A DNA stretch of 64,000 nt from a virus. The DNA lies in IMG/VR virus record IMGVR_UViG_2884379107_000001; one strand, given 5' to 3'. How positions within the stretch are numbered: the first letter of the stretch is position 1; each line of letters begins with the position of its first letter. Positions 9,552-18,113 of this stretch are shown here, in pieces. Position numbers and translations under genes: made by a program. The notes under the pieces were generated by a model that was not told the DNA's origin, made no database searches, and saw nothing but the letters and a program-made list of their open reading frames with translations.

Positions 9552-10186
9552 AACACAGTCAGGTTAGCTTTTGAGTGTTCAGTCAGCCGTTCCAACTCGC
9601 CGGCGATGATCAAATAATACGGTACGCCCGACGATCCGCCATAGGTATGGGAATAGCTCTGGTTAGCGCCAACGGCTTCTGTTACACTGCCATCCCCCCA
9701 GTGGAGTTTGATCGGCGTAACAACGGACAGCGTGATCGTAGCGGTCGTACCCCCTGTACCAATCAGGACGTATTTGACCGGCTGGGGTTCGATCAGAATG
9801 AGCGTAAACTCGCCGATCATCACCCCATCCCGCCATTCTTTCTTAATCGTTACACCCGCTTTACAATACACCTCAAAAACCAATGGCTTTCCCGTCACCG
9901 GCGTAAACTGAAGCCGCTGGGTACCGGATTTGACCAGTTCCGTGAGCAGGGCGTTTTGCTGGGTCAGGAAGTTATCGGCCGAACTAGCGACCATCCAGCA
10001 AGTCAGACGAATCTCTCTGGCCTCGTAGCGGGGGCGTGACAGATCCACTACCTGCCCATGGGCATCAGGCCAGTCGACCGCAAAGGGCTCTTTCAGGCTC
10101 AACCCATCGACAACGCCCTCCGAACTGGCCACTTTAATGCCCAGCTGGGAGAACAAAACGCCGTTGATCGAATAGTTTAAATTCAT
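9533..10186 (-). CDS. Distal tail protein (Dit-like)
   Basis: Immediately after the tape measure gene. Contains DWPDAHGQVVDLSRPRYEAREIRLTCW and LILIEPQP. Confidence 0.75.
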   Translation of the reverse strand: MNLNYSINGVLFSQLGIKVASSEGVVDGLSLKEPFAVDWPDAHGQVVDLSRPRYEAREIRLTCWMVASSADNFLTQQNALLTELVKSGTQRLQFTPVTGKPLVFEVYCKAGVTIKKEWRDGVMIGEFTLILIEPQPVKYVLIGTGGTTATITLSVVTPIKLHWGDGSVTEAVGANQSYSHTYGGSSGVPYYLIIAGELERLTEHSKANLTVLWSRLY

Positions 10187-10201
10187 CTGTTTACTAGCTA
10201 A

Positions 10202-10220
10202 CTACTTCCATTACAAGTAG
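10202..10220. promoter_or_regulatory. CTACTT-N7-AAGTAG palindrome upstream of Dit
   Basis: Same 6-7-6 dyad as at 14547 and 41570. Confidence 0.45.
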
Positions 10221-10250
10221 GTGAAGGATGCAAAACGAACGCCCTTCACC
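10221..10250 (-). terminator. Hairpin after the tape measure gene
   Basis: GTGAAGG...CCTTCAC stem between the TMP stop and the Dit start. Confidence 0.5.
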
Positions 10251-10257
10251 TGTATTT

Positions 10258-13200
10258 TTATAAAATACCCTTTGCCCGAAGGCCGTCATTCAGCCCATTG
10301 ATCGTCCCGTTCATCTTATCAAGTAGTTCATTGGTCTTTTCCAGCCGGGCCGTGTTGGTATCGATTCGGTTGAGGGCCAGTAACTGCTGGTTCATGGTCG
10401 CATTGACCGATGCCTGACCAATCCGAATGGCGTTGATCTGACCCGCCAGCACAGATGCCGTTTCCTCCGTTACGCCTTTGATAGCGCCCGACAAAGCCGT
10501 TCCCTGGCTGGCTTTTGAGCCGGTTGACTTAAAAATATCCAGCCCGTATTGCTTGGCCGCATCCTGCGCGGAGGCTAACCCATCGTTGAATAGCTTCGTC
10601 AACTCATCGGCTTTACCAAAGAACCTTCCAAAATCATCCACCCAGTTATTATCCCCGTTAGGGCCTACACTGGCTTCGAGTTCTGCTTGTAACTGATCAA
10701 ACTGTTTGGAGAAAACCTGATTAAAGATTAACTGAGACAACAGGTTATCCAGAATCTTCGAGACTGAATCCCCAAAGGCCTGCGCAGATGAAGTGCCGTC
10801 TTCAAAGGCCCCGACCAGCGCATCACGCAAATCACTACCCAGTGAACCGGCCAAAGTGCTGATTACTTGGGTTATTTTTTGGTGAGCCTCATCAATTTGT
10901 TTTTGCCACTCTATTGTGGTTTGAACGAGGGCTTTTGTGCTGTCGTCAAGTAAATTATTGTCTATAAGACTCTGAGCAAGGGAGACATTGAGTTCGTCTA
11001 CTCCATCTTTCGACTTCTGAATCAGGTTAGGGTACAAAGCCAATAGGCTTCCAAACTCATCTGCCTTTTTGGTTGCCCCGCCAAATAGTGAGGTAATTCC
11101 ACCCACAATTCCACCCACCAAGCCACCTATTACGGCTGTGACAGGGGCCGCAATACCACCAACAAGCGCACCGATAGCGGCACCCGTTGCGGCTCCTGAA
11201 CTAATCAATTCGAGTGCTGATTTACTATCAAGGACATCCTTTAGCCCCTCTTTCGCCCTCCCCTGTTGCAGTTTTTTAAGTGACTCCTGAAATTTTAGTT
11301 GTGCATCATTGTATTGATTGATGTCATCTTTCAACTCGCCAATGCTATCCTGAACAAAGGCATTTCCTTTGCTTTTTGTCTGCAATCCCAATTGCTCATT
11401 AAGGAGTAGATTATACTGCTGTTGTTGATTGATGAGCGATTGATAGTAATCCGTTTCGGCTTTCTTTCGCTTTTCGGCTGCACTAGTGATAGCTGAAAAA
11501 ATGCCGACCACCCCCTGAATGATTGTTCCGTATAGCTGGGATTTGTCAGCACCCGTTTTAAGTGCCTTGTTAACCAAATCCATGTTAGAGGCTAGGTTAA
11601 CAAGTATGTTACCTACCTCGCCAGCCGAACCACCAACCTGTGAAAGCGCCTGACCAAATTGCCCGATATAGGACGAATACTGGCCAATGATTTTCTGCAA
11701 GCCCGTTCCGCCAGCCTGATTATTTAATTCGTTAAGGTGAGCTAGAGCCTCCCTGTATAGCTCATTTTCAGTGCCAATGGTTGATTTTATTTTGTCAACT
11801 AGTTTTTGCTGCCTTTCTATCTCAATCTTTTGGCGTTTTTCACCCTCAGCTAAAATTGCCTTAGTCGTGTTTTTGTATTCGTCGGTTTGTTCGATTTGAC
11901 GACGCTGGAAGTCTTCAAGTGCCTGCTTTTCGTCTGCATTAATAGCATCTAAGCCCTCCTTATACTCCTGACCTCGATTGTTAACGTAACGCTTATCCAG
12001 CTCAGAACGTAATTGGTCATATTGTTTTTTAATAGCCAATTGCTGCTGTTCCGAACCTGCATAATTGACCAGAAACTGATTGAGCTGGTCTTTTAATTGC
12101 TGTTGGGTCTGGACAATTTCAGTGGCCACTAGCCGCCGAATCTCAAAATCCTCTTTAGAGATTGGTTTTTTATCAAATAGCTCACTTTGTTTCTGATTGA
12201 GAATAACAAGGTAATCGGAAAGGCTACCCGCTTCCTGCTGAGCTTTTTGTAGTCCCTCGTTAAAGGCATCAAGTGCCGTTTTTTTACCAACTATGTTACT
12301 ACGTTGATCAAGCAAGGTACCTAGATTGCCCGTCTGACCGGGTGTTAGCCCTGCATTATCCCGTTCGTTTTCAAGGTTTGCAATTTGAGTGTTTAGGTAA
12401 TCTAAATAGGATTGACCCGATACGATCAGACCCGCAAACTGTCTGTCGGAAGCCTCTTTTCCGTACGCTTCGACCCACTGTGTATAAAGCTCGTATTGCT
12501 TTTGCTTTTCGGCTAATTCTTCGTCAAAGGATTTTACGGCCAGTTTTTTCCTAACTTCTTCTGCCTGCTGATCAGCCGCCAGTTTTTTGGCATTTAACTC
12601 ATTGAGTTTAGCAATATCGGTTTTTGGAGTCTTCTGAATGAGTTCATCCATTTTCTTGCTGATGGACTCATAATACGAGATACTACCAAAGGGGCCGACC
12701 TTGTCAGCGTCTTTTTCGCTTTTGGTTTTTTCACCCGTCAACCGACGACGCTGCGCTTCAAGTGTATTGATTTGCCGCTGTATGGTCGCATTTTTGGCAT
12801 CAGAATTTTCTAGACTTAACTGCTCTTTGTGGGCCGATATGGCCTCATCTAATTGCTTAATGGTTACCGCCCGAACGGCTTGCTTCGTGGTTTCAGCCTT
12901 AACGGTAGCATTGGCCGTTTCATCCAGAGCCTGTTGTTCTAACTTTAACTGCTCGCGGTAATCCTGCTCTTGTTTAGCTTTGTCAGCATTGAGTTTTCTA
13001 TTCTGTTCGGTAATTGCTTTTGCTGCATCAAAAGTACCTTCACTGCCCGCCTGACTAAGGTAAAGCATTGCTTTGTCTACAAAGCCAATTTCATTCTTAC
13101 CAGCTTTGGCTTGAGATTCCCGCTGAAAGGATTCCGTAAACTTTCGGTCAAGTTCCTGTTGTTCGTATTTTCGCTTCAGTGCATCGACATACTCATTGAT

Positions 13201-14523
13201 AGACTTCGTGCCAGCCTGCGTTTTAATGCTATCCAGGGTTAAAGCGCTGAGGTGTTCAGGGGAAAGGGCGATTAAGTCCCTGAGTGCCTTATTGCGGGCA
13301 TCTCGACTTAATTTTTCATTGTTAATCGTGGTTTTTAACTGTTCGATTTTTGCCCGCTCTGTATCCGTCTGAGCATTTGCACTTTCTCTGGCTTCCCGCA
13401 AATCCTGTTCTATCTGTTGGGTAGCCGTTAGCTCCTTTTTATAGACAATAATGGCCGTTGTCAGGGCTATAATAGCCGTAGCCGCCAACACCCAGGGATT
13501 AGCAGAGGTGGCCAGATTAAAGGCAATCTGAGCATCTTTGGCACTGCGTATCGTTGTGGCCAGACTTAGCCACGCCTGAACGTTTCCCGCAATATTAGCC
13601 GCGGCCTGAACAATAGCTGTAAGGGCTATGGCACTTTTATAGGCCCCATAGGTTGCGATTAATATCTTTAAGGGACCTAAGATTTGCTCATAACTTTCAA
13701 CTATATCAGTTGCGCCAGAAATAATACTCACCAAAAGGTCTTGATTATCCTTGCCAATCTGATTTAGCATGCCTTTCCAGGCATCAGCCAAATTAGAGGT
13801 TAATCCCGTCAGCGATTTGGCCTGTTCGGCCATTAAGCCGCCAAAATTGAGCTTGCCTGTGCCATCCACAAGACTTGTGATCGCCTGCTCAACTTCTTTG
13901 AAGCCTATTTTGCCAGAAGCGACCATTTGCCTTATGTCACTTTCATTTACCTTTAGTAAACGAGATAATTCTGGAGTCAGATTTATACCCCTCTCTATCA
14001 GTTTGTTAAGGTCATCTTGCTGCGCTATTCCCTGCGTTTTAATCTGGCCGTATGCCGCAACTAACTCAAGCAAATTTGAACCAGTGCCAGCCGCAATATC
14101 TCCCAATGTGGTGAGCGTAGGTATGATACTCTGCACACTGAACCCGTAGGCCAACATTAACTTTTGAGCTTTGGCTATCTCATCAAGTTCAAAAGGGGTT
14201 TTGGCGGCAAATTCAATACCTTGCTTTAAAAATGCATCGGCTTTTGATTTGCTACCTAACAAAACTGTGTAAGCGACCTCTAAAGCCTGAACCTCTCCCC
14301 GAACTCGAATTAATTGTTGAGGCAATTCCGACAAGCCAGCGAAAGCAAATGCACCCGCGGCCAACCGGCCCAAGTTTTTGAAAGAATCATCAATTTTCCC
14401 AGTCTCCCGAACGGCGGTAGTGGACAACCCCAATATTCTTCTTTCCATTAGGTCCAAGCGGTTCATAAACTGAGAATCGTTTATGATCGCATCGAAGGAC
14501 AGGGCACCCGAATTGGAGGTCAT
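10258..14523 (-). CDS. Tape measure protein (complete, 1421 aa)
   Basis: N-terminal tape-measure motif (FAAKTPFEL...LGDIAAG...YGQIKTQG...DLNKLIERGI), long coiled-coil region, Gly/Ala-rich hydrophobic segments. Lies upstream of Dit and Tal. Confidence 0.92.
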   Translation of the reverse strand: MTSNSGALSFDAIINDSQFMNRLDLMERRILGLSTTAVRETGKIDDSFKNLGRLAAGAFAFAGLSELPQQLIRVRGEVQALEVAYTVLLGSKSKADAFLKQGIEFAAKTPFELDEIAKAQKLMLAYGFSVQSIIPTLTTLGDIAAGTGSNLLELVAAYGQIKTQGIAQQDDLNKLIERGINLTPELSRLLKVNESDIRQMVASGKIGFKEVEQAITSLVDGTGKLNFGGLMAEQAKSLTGLTSNLADAWKGMLNQIGKDNQDLLVSIISGATDIVESYEQILGPLKILIATYGAYKSAIALTAIVQAAANIAGNVQAWLSLATTIRSAKDAQIAFNLATSANPWVLAATAIIALTTAIIVYKKELTATQQIEQDLREARESANAQTDTERAKIEQLKTTINNEKLSRDARNKALRDLIALSPEHLSALTLDSIKTQAGTKSINEYVDALKRKYEQQELDRKFTESFQRESQAKAGKNEIGFVDKAMLYLSQAGSEGTFDAAKAITEQNRKLNADKAKQEQDYREQLKLEQQALDETANATVKAETTKQAVRAVTIKQLDEAISAHKEQLSLENSDAKNATIQRQINTLEAQRRRLTGEKTKSEKDADKVGPFGSISYYESISKKMDELIQKTPKTDIAKLNELNAKKLAADQQAEEVRKKLAVKSFDEELAEKQKQYELYTQWVEAYGKEASDRQFAGLIVSGQSYLDYLNTQIANLENERDNAGLTPGQTGNLGTLLDQRSNIVGKKTALDAFNEGLQKAQQEAGSLSDYLVILNQKQSELFDKKPISKEDFEIRRLVATEIVQTQQQLKDQLNQFLVNYAGSEQQQLAIKKQYDQLRSELDKRYVNNRGQEYKEGLDAINADEKQALEDFQRRQIEQTDEYKNTTKAILAEGEKRQKIEIERQQKLVDKIKSTIGTENELYREALAHLNELNNQAGGTGLQKIIGQYSSYIGQFGQALSQVGGSAGEVGNILVNLASNMDLVNKALKTGADKSQLYGTIIQGVVGIFSAITSAAEKRKKAETDYYQSLINQQQQYNLLLNEQLGLQTKSKGNAFVQDSIGELKDDINQYNDAQLKFQESLKKLQQGRAKEGLKDVLDSKSALELISSGAATGAAIGALVGGIAAPVTAVIGGLVGGIVGGITSLFGGATKKADEFGSLLALYPNLIQKSKDGVDELNVSLAQSLIDNNLLDDSTKALVQTTIEWQKQIDEAHQKITQVISTLAGSLGSDLRDALVGAFEDGTSSAQAFGDSVSKILDNLLSQLIFNQVFSKQFDQLQAELEASVGPNGDNNWVDDFGRFFGKADELTKLFNDGLASAQDAAKQYGLDIFKSTGSKASQGTALSGAIKGVTEETASVLAGQINAIRIGQASVNATMNQQLLALNRIDTNTARLEKTNELLDKMNGTINGLNDGLRAKGIL

Positions 14524-14531
14524 TGTGAGAT

Positions 14532-14579
14532 AGTTGGGCTTATAAACTGCTTACAATATAAGTAGTTTATAAGCCAACT
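14532..14579. promoter_or_regulatory. Long palindrome upstream of TMP containing a 27-bp site shared with 41566-41592
   Basis: AGTTGG(G)CTTATAAACT...AGTTTATAAGCCAACT. The core 14543-14569 matches 41566-41592 at 26 of 27 positions in inverted orientation. Confidence 0.65.
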
Positions 14580-14659
14580 TTAATAGCCAAATTCTTTTAT
14601 ATTTCTCAGTTTAGAGCAAAATGAATCAAGTAATGAAGCAAGTTTTGAAGCAAAAAAAT

Positions 14660-14694
14660 ACCCTTCAAATAACTAGTAGACAGCTATTTGAAGG
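14660..14694 (-). terminator. Terminator of the lipoprotein gene
   Basis: CCCTTCAAATA...TATTTGAAGGG stem with a T-run on the minus strand. Confidence 0.7.
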
Positions 14695-14736
14695 GCACGA
14701 TAAATGATCTAACGGTTATTGATATACGCAATCTAT

Positions 14737-15330
14737 TTACAAATGTGATAGCAAAGCAAGTTGAGTGGGCCGAAACATGACAACATCATAAACAAGGGGG
14801 CTTAGATTGGGATCTGCCTGAACCTTTTGCCTTCTAACCTCAACCTCAACCCCACCCTTAATCCATACATCTGAAACACTACGGGTGGACATGTACTCCT
14901 GCCCAAAATGCTTTGTGAGGTATTTACTTAAAATTAATGAACCGGCTGGCGTAGCACTTGTAGTTCCATGTGCAAGTAGTTTCAAGGCCACCAACTTATT
15001 CTGGTCAAACAAGGGTATAAATAAGGCATCTACGCTACCTGGTAAAGAGTCTGACTTAATTTCCAGAGCATAATCAGCTTTGCTATACCTAAATAAAGTT
15101 TTATTAGCCACCAATCGACTAAAATTATAATCATAGTCCTGCTTACTCATACCAAATCTAAAGCCCAAGATGATGTTGTTATCAACTTTCGCCTTAAGGT
15201 TTTCCCTTCTGACACTATCAATTTGTTCGCCAGAAAAGGCAAATGATTTGGTTGACTCGGATTCAGTTTTTTTTGAGCAACCCCATAACAAGGAGAGGCT
15301 AAATAGTAACAAAACAAGGCGTACCTTCAT
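14737..15330 (-). CDS. Lipoprotein moron (superinfection-exclusion candidate)
   Basis: Start MKVRLVLLLFSLSLLWG|C at 15330 with a lipobox Cys. Lies directly upstream of the TMP gene. Confidence 0.75.
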   Translation of the reverse strand: MKVRLVLLLFSLSLLWGCSKKTESESTKSFAFSGEQIDSVRRENLKAKVDNNIILGFRFGMSKQDYDYNFSRLVANKTLFRYSKADYALEIKSDSLPGSVDALFIPLFDQNKLVALKLLAHGTTSATPAGSLILSKYLTKHFGQEYMSTRSVSDVWIKGGVEVEVRRQKVQADPNLSPLVYDVVMFRPTQLALLSHL

Positions 15331-15378
15331 AGGTCTAGGGAATTTATTTCCAGTCCCCAATATAGATGAAGGTTTGTA

Positions 15379-15433
15379 GTTACGCAACGTGAAAATTACA
15401 TGTAGCTACATAAAATATTGCTTCTAGGTAAAG
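15379..15433 (+). repeat. Copy 1 of the GTTAC...CATGTAGCTACAT...GGTAAAG site
   Basis: CATGTAGCTACAT-AAAATATTGC-TTCTAGGTAAAG at 15399-15433, with GTTAC 20 bp upstream. Confidence 0.7.
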
Positions 15434-15539
15434 GAAGGGATTAACATATCATTTTAGTGTTGTGGGTAGGTCTTAACCAATTGCCTCTTGAAAGGAGGAA
15501 TTTTTGAGATTAAGACACGAGCCGCTTACTGGCTATCTA

Positions 15540-15576
15540 CCATTTTCGTACTTTACTTCCCAAAGTACGAAAATGG
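15540..15576. repeat. Palindrome CCATTTTCGTACTTT-N7-AAAGTACGAAAATGG
   Basis: Perfect 15-bp arms with a 7-bp spacer. Related copies at 17668-17696 and 17765-17791. Confidence 0.75.
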
Positions 15577-15800
15577 CCCCTTGACTCCTCTCCTACTCGT
15601 ATTGGGCATTGTGGTTGTGGAAGCCGACAAACTAGTGATGAACTTACTGCTACGGAACGATTAAATTTAAAAACCAATATTTATTGATATTTTTTATGTA
15701 AGTTGCTTACCTCTTAGGTAATCACTTCACTCTGAGGCTCCTTCTCCGCCCCCTGCATTCTAAGCTGTCGGTCAAGCTACTTCATTACTAACCCTAGTAA

Positions 15801-16514
15801 ATGACACGGCATGCCAACGAATGGTCTGGTTCGAACCAACAGACTTTCTCCCGCTTTTATGATACCTACGCCCCTAAGCTATGGGGCCTTATTCTACGCG
15901 CCAAGCTGCCTACTTCGCGGTCCGAACGTATTCTAAGCAGCACCTTCAAGAAGGCTTGGCCACAGCTTAGCCAGCAGACATCAACTAGTGCGTCTACGTT
16001 CACCTGGCTGCTCACCTTAGCTTACGGCGAGGGATTGCCGCCTATTCAACCAGCGGAACTCATGAAAAACGACAATCGTTCATCGCAACCTGTATACGTT
16101 CTACTGGCAGGCTGTTGCCCCGACGATCAAGCCCTGCTCGCCCAGAGTTTGAAAACCAGTATGCCTCAGATCGAAATTGGCTTTATTCCAACAGTCAATC
16201 AGACATTACAGCATTTGCAAAACACGTCGCTTGAATCCAGGAAATTTCCTCGGCTACTGCTATTGAATGTAGAGAGAGCTGATGGCCAGTCCAATTGGCC
16301 GATTTTACAACAGATCAAAGTCAGTTATCGTCAATTACCCATTGTGCTTATTAGTACGGATCAACAAGGTGAACTAGCGCTACAAGCCTATGACCTGGGT
16401 GTTAATTCATTTTTGGTCAAGTCGTTAGACTTGGATGAATGGCAAAAGAAACTGGATGCGCTTGCCGATTACTGGCTTTCCATTGTTACCTTACCTAATC
16501 AACAAAAAAGCTAG
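15801..16514 (+). CDS. ECF-sigma region-2-like fragment fused to a degenerate receiver domain
   Basis: N-terminal FSRFYDTYAPKLWGLI...TFKKAW...FTWL. C-terminal LPIVLIST...AYDLGVNSFLVKSLD. The usual phospho-Asp position reads LLLLN. Confidence 0.65.
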   Translation: MTRHANEWSGSNQQTFSRFYDTYAPKLWGLILRAKLPTSRSERILSSTFKKAWPQLSQQTSTSASTFTWLLTLAYGEGLPPIQPAELMKNDNRSSQPVYVLLAGCCPDDQALLAQSLKTSMPQIEIGFIPTVNQTLQHLQNTSLESRKFPRLLLLNVERADGQSNWPILQQIKVSYRQLPIVLISTDQQGELALQAYDLGVNSFLVKSLDLDEWQKKLDALADYWLSIVTLPNQQKS

Positions 16515-16551
16515 AGCGATTTAAAGGCCTGTCTTCCTACTTACTTGAGCT

Positions 16552-17061
16552 ATGGTATTTTTCTTAACGACGATGGATCAACAGGGGGCGTCTCGCGAGT
16601 TCTCCCTGATGGGTGACTTAGAGGTAGCCTGTAAACTCTTTGATCATATCGCCAAAAAAGGCCATATCCTGCTTAAAGCTAGCGTGGTAGATGGCGACCG
16701 ATCTAGTGATATTCCCCTTGAATCATTTTATGGACCAGCTAGCTGGCCCGTTATCGAAGCCCTTGAACGGGAATGGAGCAACATCTTGAGTAAGCCTATT
16801 AACATTCGATCTGTTTGTGCCCGCAAACTTCCTGATATGATTTCTCGGCGAGTGGAGAGGCATCAAGCGTGCATTTTTCAGTTAGAGCAAGCTGTTGTCC
16901 TAGCCGAGCAACGGCTTCAACGCGTTTCTGCCACCATTCTGCGCGAACCCCACCGGGGTCGGATGCTGCATCAACTTGAAGGGGTTCTAAATCGCCACCA
17001 GCAAAACCTAGTTACCGAGCGAGCGAGCCTATCCAAATTCCTGGATCAAGCGACTCACTAA
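16552..17061 (+). CDS. Hypothetical protein (paralog of 17361-17627)
   Basis: The N-terminal 80 aa align by eye with the 17361 ORF. Confidence 0.65.
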   Translation: MVFFLTTMDQQGASREFSLMGDLEVACKLFDHIAKKGHILLKASVVDGDRSSDIPLESFYGPASWPVIEALEREWSNILSKPINIRSVCARKLPDMISRRVERHQACIFQLEQAVVLAEQRLQRVSATILREPHRGRMLHQLEGVLNRHQQNLVTERASLSKFLDQATH

Positions 17062-17075
17062 ACAATCTATTAGTT

Positions 17076-17264
17076 ATGGAGAAAGACGTGACACTATTCT
17101 GGCAAGTGTATAAACAAACAGCTAGTATCGAAACATGCATAGCGGAGCTAAAGCGAAAGGGCTTTAGTCAACTGGCTACCATCAAGGTATTATTGGTAGT
17201 ATCTGCTATAAGCCTGGTAGACGCGGATAAACTAGTCTCCAATTCACTGGCTTGGAGCAACTGA
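17076..17264 (+). CDS. Small hypothetical protein
   Basis: 62-aa ORF in the same operon. Confidence 0.5.
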   Translation: MEKDVTLFWQVYKQTASIETCIAELKRKGFSQLATIKVLLVVSAISLVDADKLVSNSLAWSN

Positions 17265-17360
17265 AATTGGGGTAGTAAAACCCCGCTCGCTAAGTTTCAA
17301 CTCATTGGTCAAACCCTTACAAGTGGTCATATGTATTAGGACTATATAACCTGATGGACT

Positions 17361-17627
17361 ATGATCTTCTTCATAACTACCCTCGATCGACAAGGTGATT
17401 ACCGGCATTTTCACTTTGACCTGCCCGAATTAGAAACCGGCCTTGAGGTGTTGAATAGAATTGTTGCCAAAGGGGAAGTTTTAGTCAACGTGACTTTGAT
17501 CGACGGTAGCAGCATCATCCACCTGCCTATAGCTGCTTTTGATGGCCAGCCTTGCCAAGCAGCTATTCATGCGTTAGAGCTGGATTGGCGTGAACTTCTC
17601 AACAGTACAATTGACAAAAAGGGTTAG
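17361..17627 (+). CDS. Hypothetical protein (paralog of 16552-17061)
   Basis: MIFFITTLDRQG...ALELDWRELLN versus MVFFLTTMDQQG...ALEREWSNILS. Confidence 0.65.
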   Translation: MIFFITTLDRQGDYRHFHFDLPELETGLEVLNRIVAKGEVLVNVTLIDGSSIIHLPIAAFDGQPCQAAIHALELDWRELLNSTIDKKG

Positions 17628-18014
17628 TTCTACCCAGCATGTTAGCATGAATACGGCCATTCTGCCGTTTCGTACTTTTCTTCTTAAAGTACGAAAATAG
17701 GCATGCTTTTAGGCTTCCAAACCCCCTTGAAACTTCCTATTTGGACGTTTTGCAATGGATTTATTTTCGTACTATTCTAGGAAGTACGAAAGCGGGCTGT
17801 GTCGCTTTAAACGCCCGTTTTTACGAGACGGCCTGTCTAAGCTGAAAATGATATTTATAGAAGTTACTTAAGATCTCAAATTGCCATCTCGCGAAACAAC
17901 GTTTCCTTTTTACTATCACACTTGAGTTTGTGAGTAATTGGAAACTTTTTTCTATACTACTAATGCTGGTGTTGACTCTACCATTAATGCACTACATTAA
18001 AATGTAGAATAAGT

Positions 18015-18070
18015 GTTACCTAAGCGGGCCTAAATCATGTAGCTACATCAAATATTGCCGTTGGGTAAAG
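18015..18070 (+). repeat. Left 56-bp inverted repeat of the nuclease cassette
   Basis: GTTACCTAAGCGGGCCTAAATCATGTAGCTACATCAAATATTGCCGTTGGGTAAAG is about 80% identical to the reverse complement of 21861-21916. Confidence 0.8.
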
Positions 18071-18073
18071 AAA

Positions 18074-18107
18074 TAGGCCGACATCGTTTTAGGGGATTGT
18101 CGGCCTG
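18074..18107. terminator. Hairpin terminating the nuclease operon
   Basis: AGGCCGACA...TGTCGGCCT stem directly after the 18114 stop. Confidence 0.65.
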
Positions 18108-18113
18108 TTTCTG

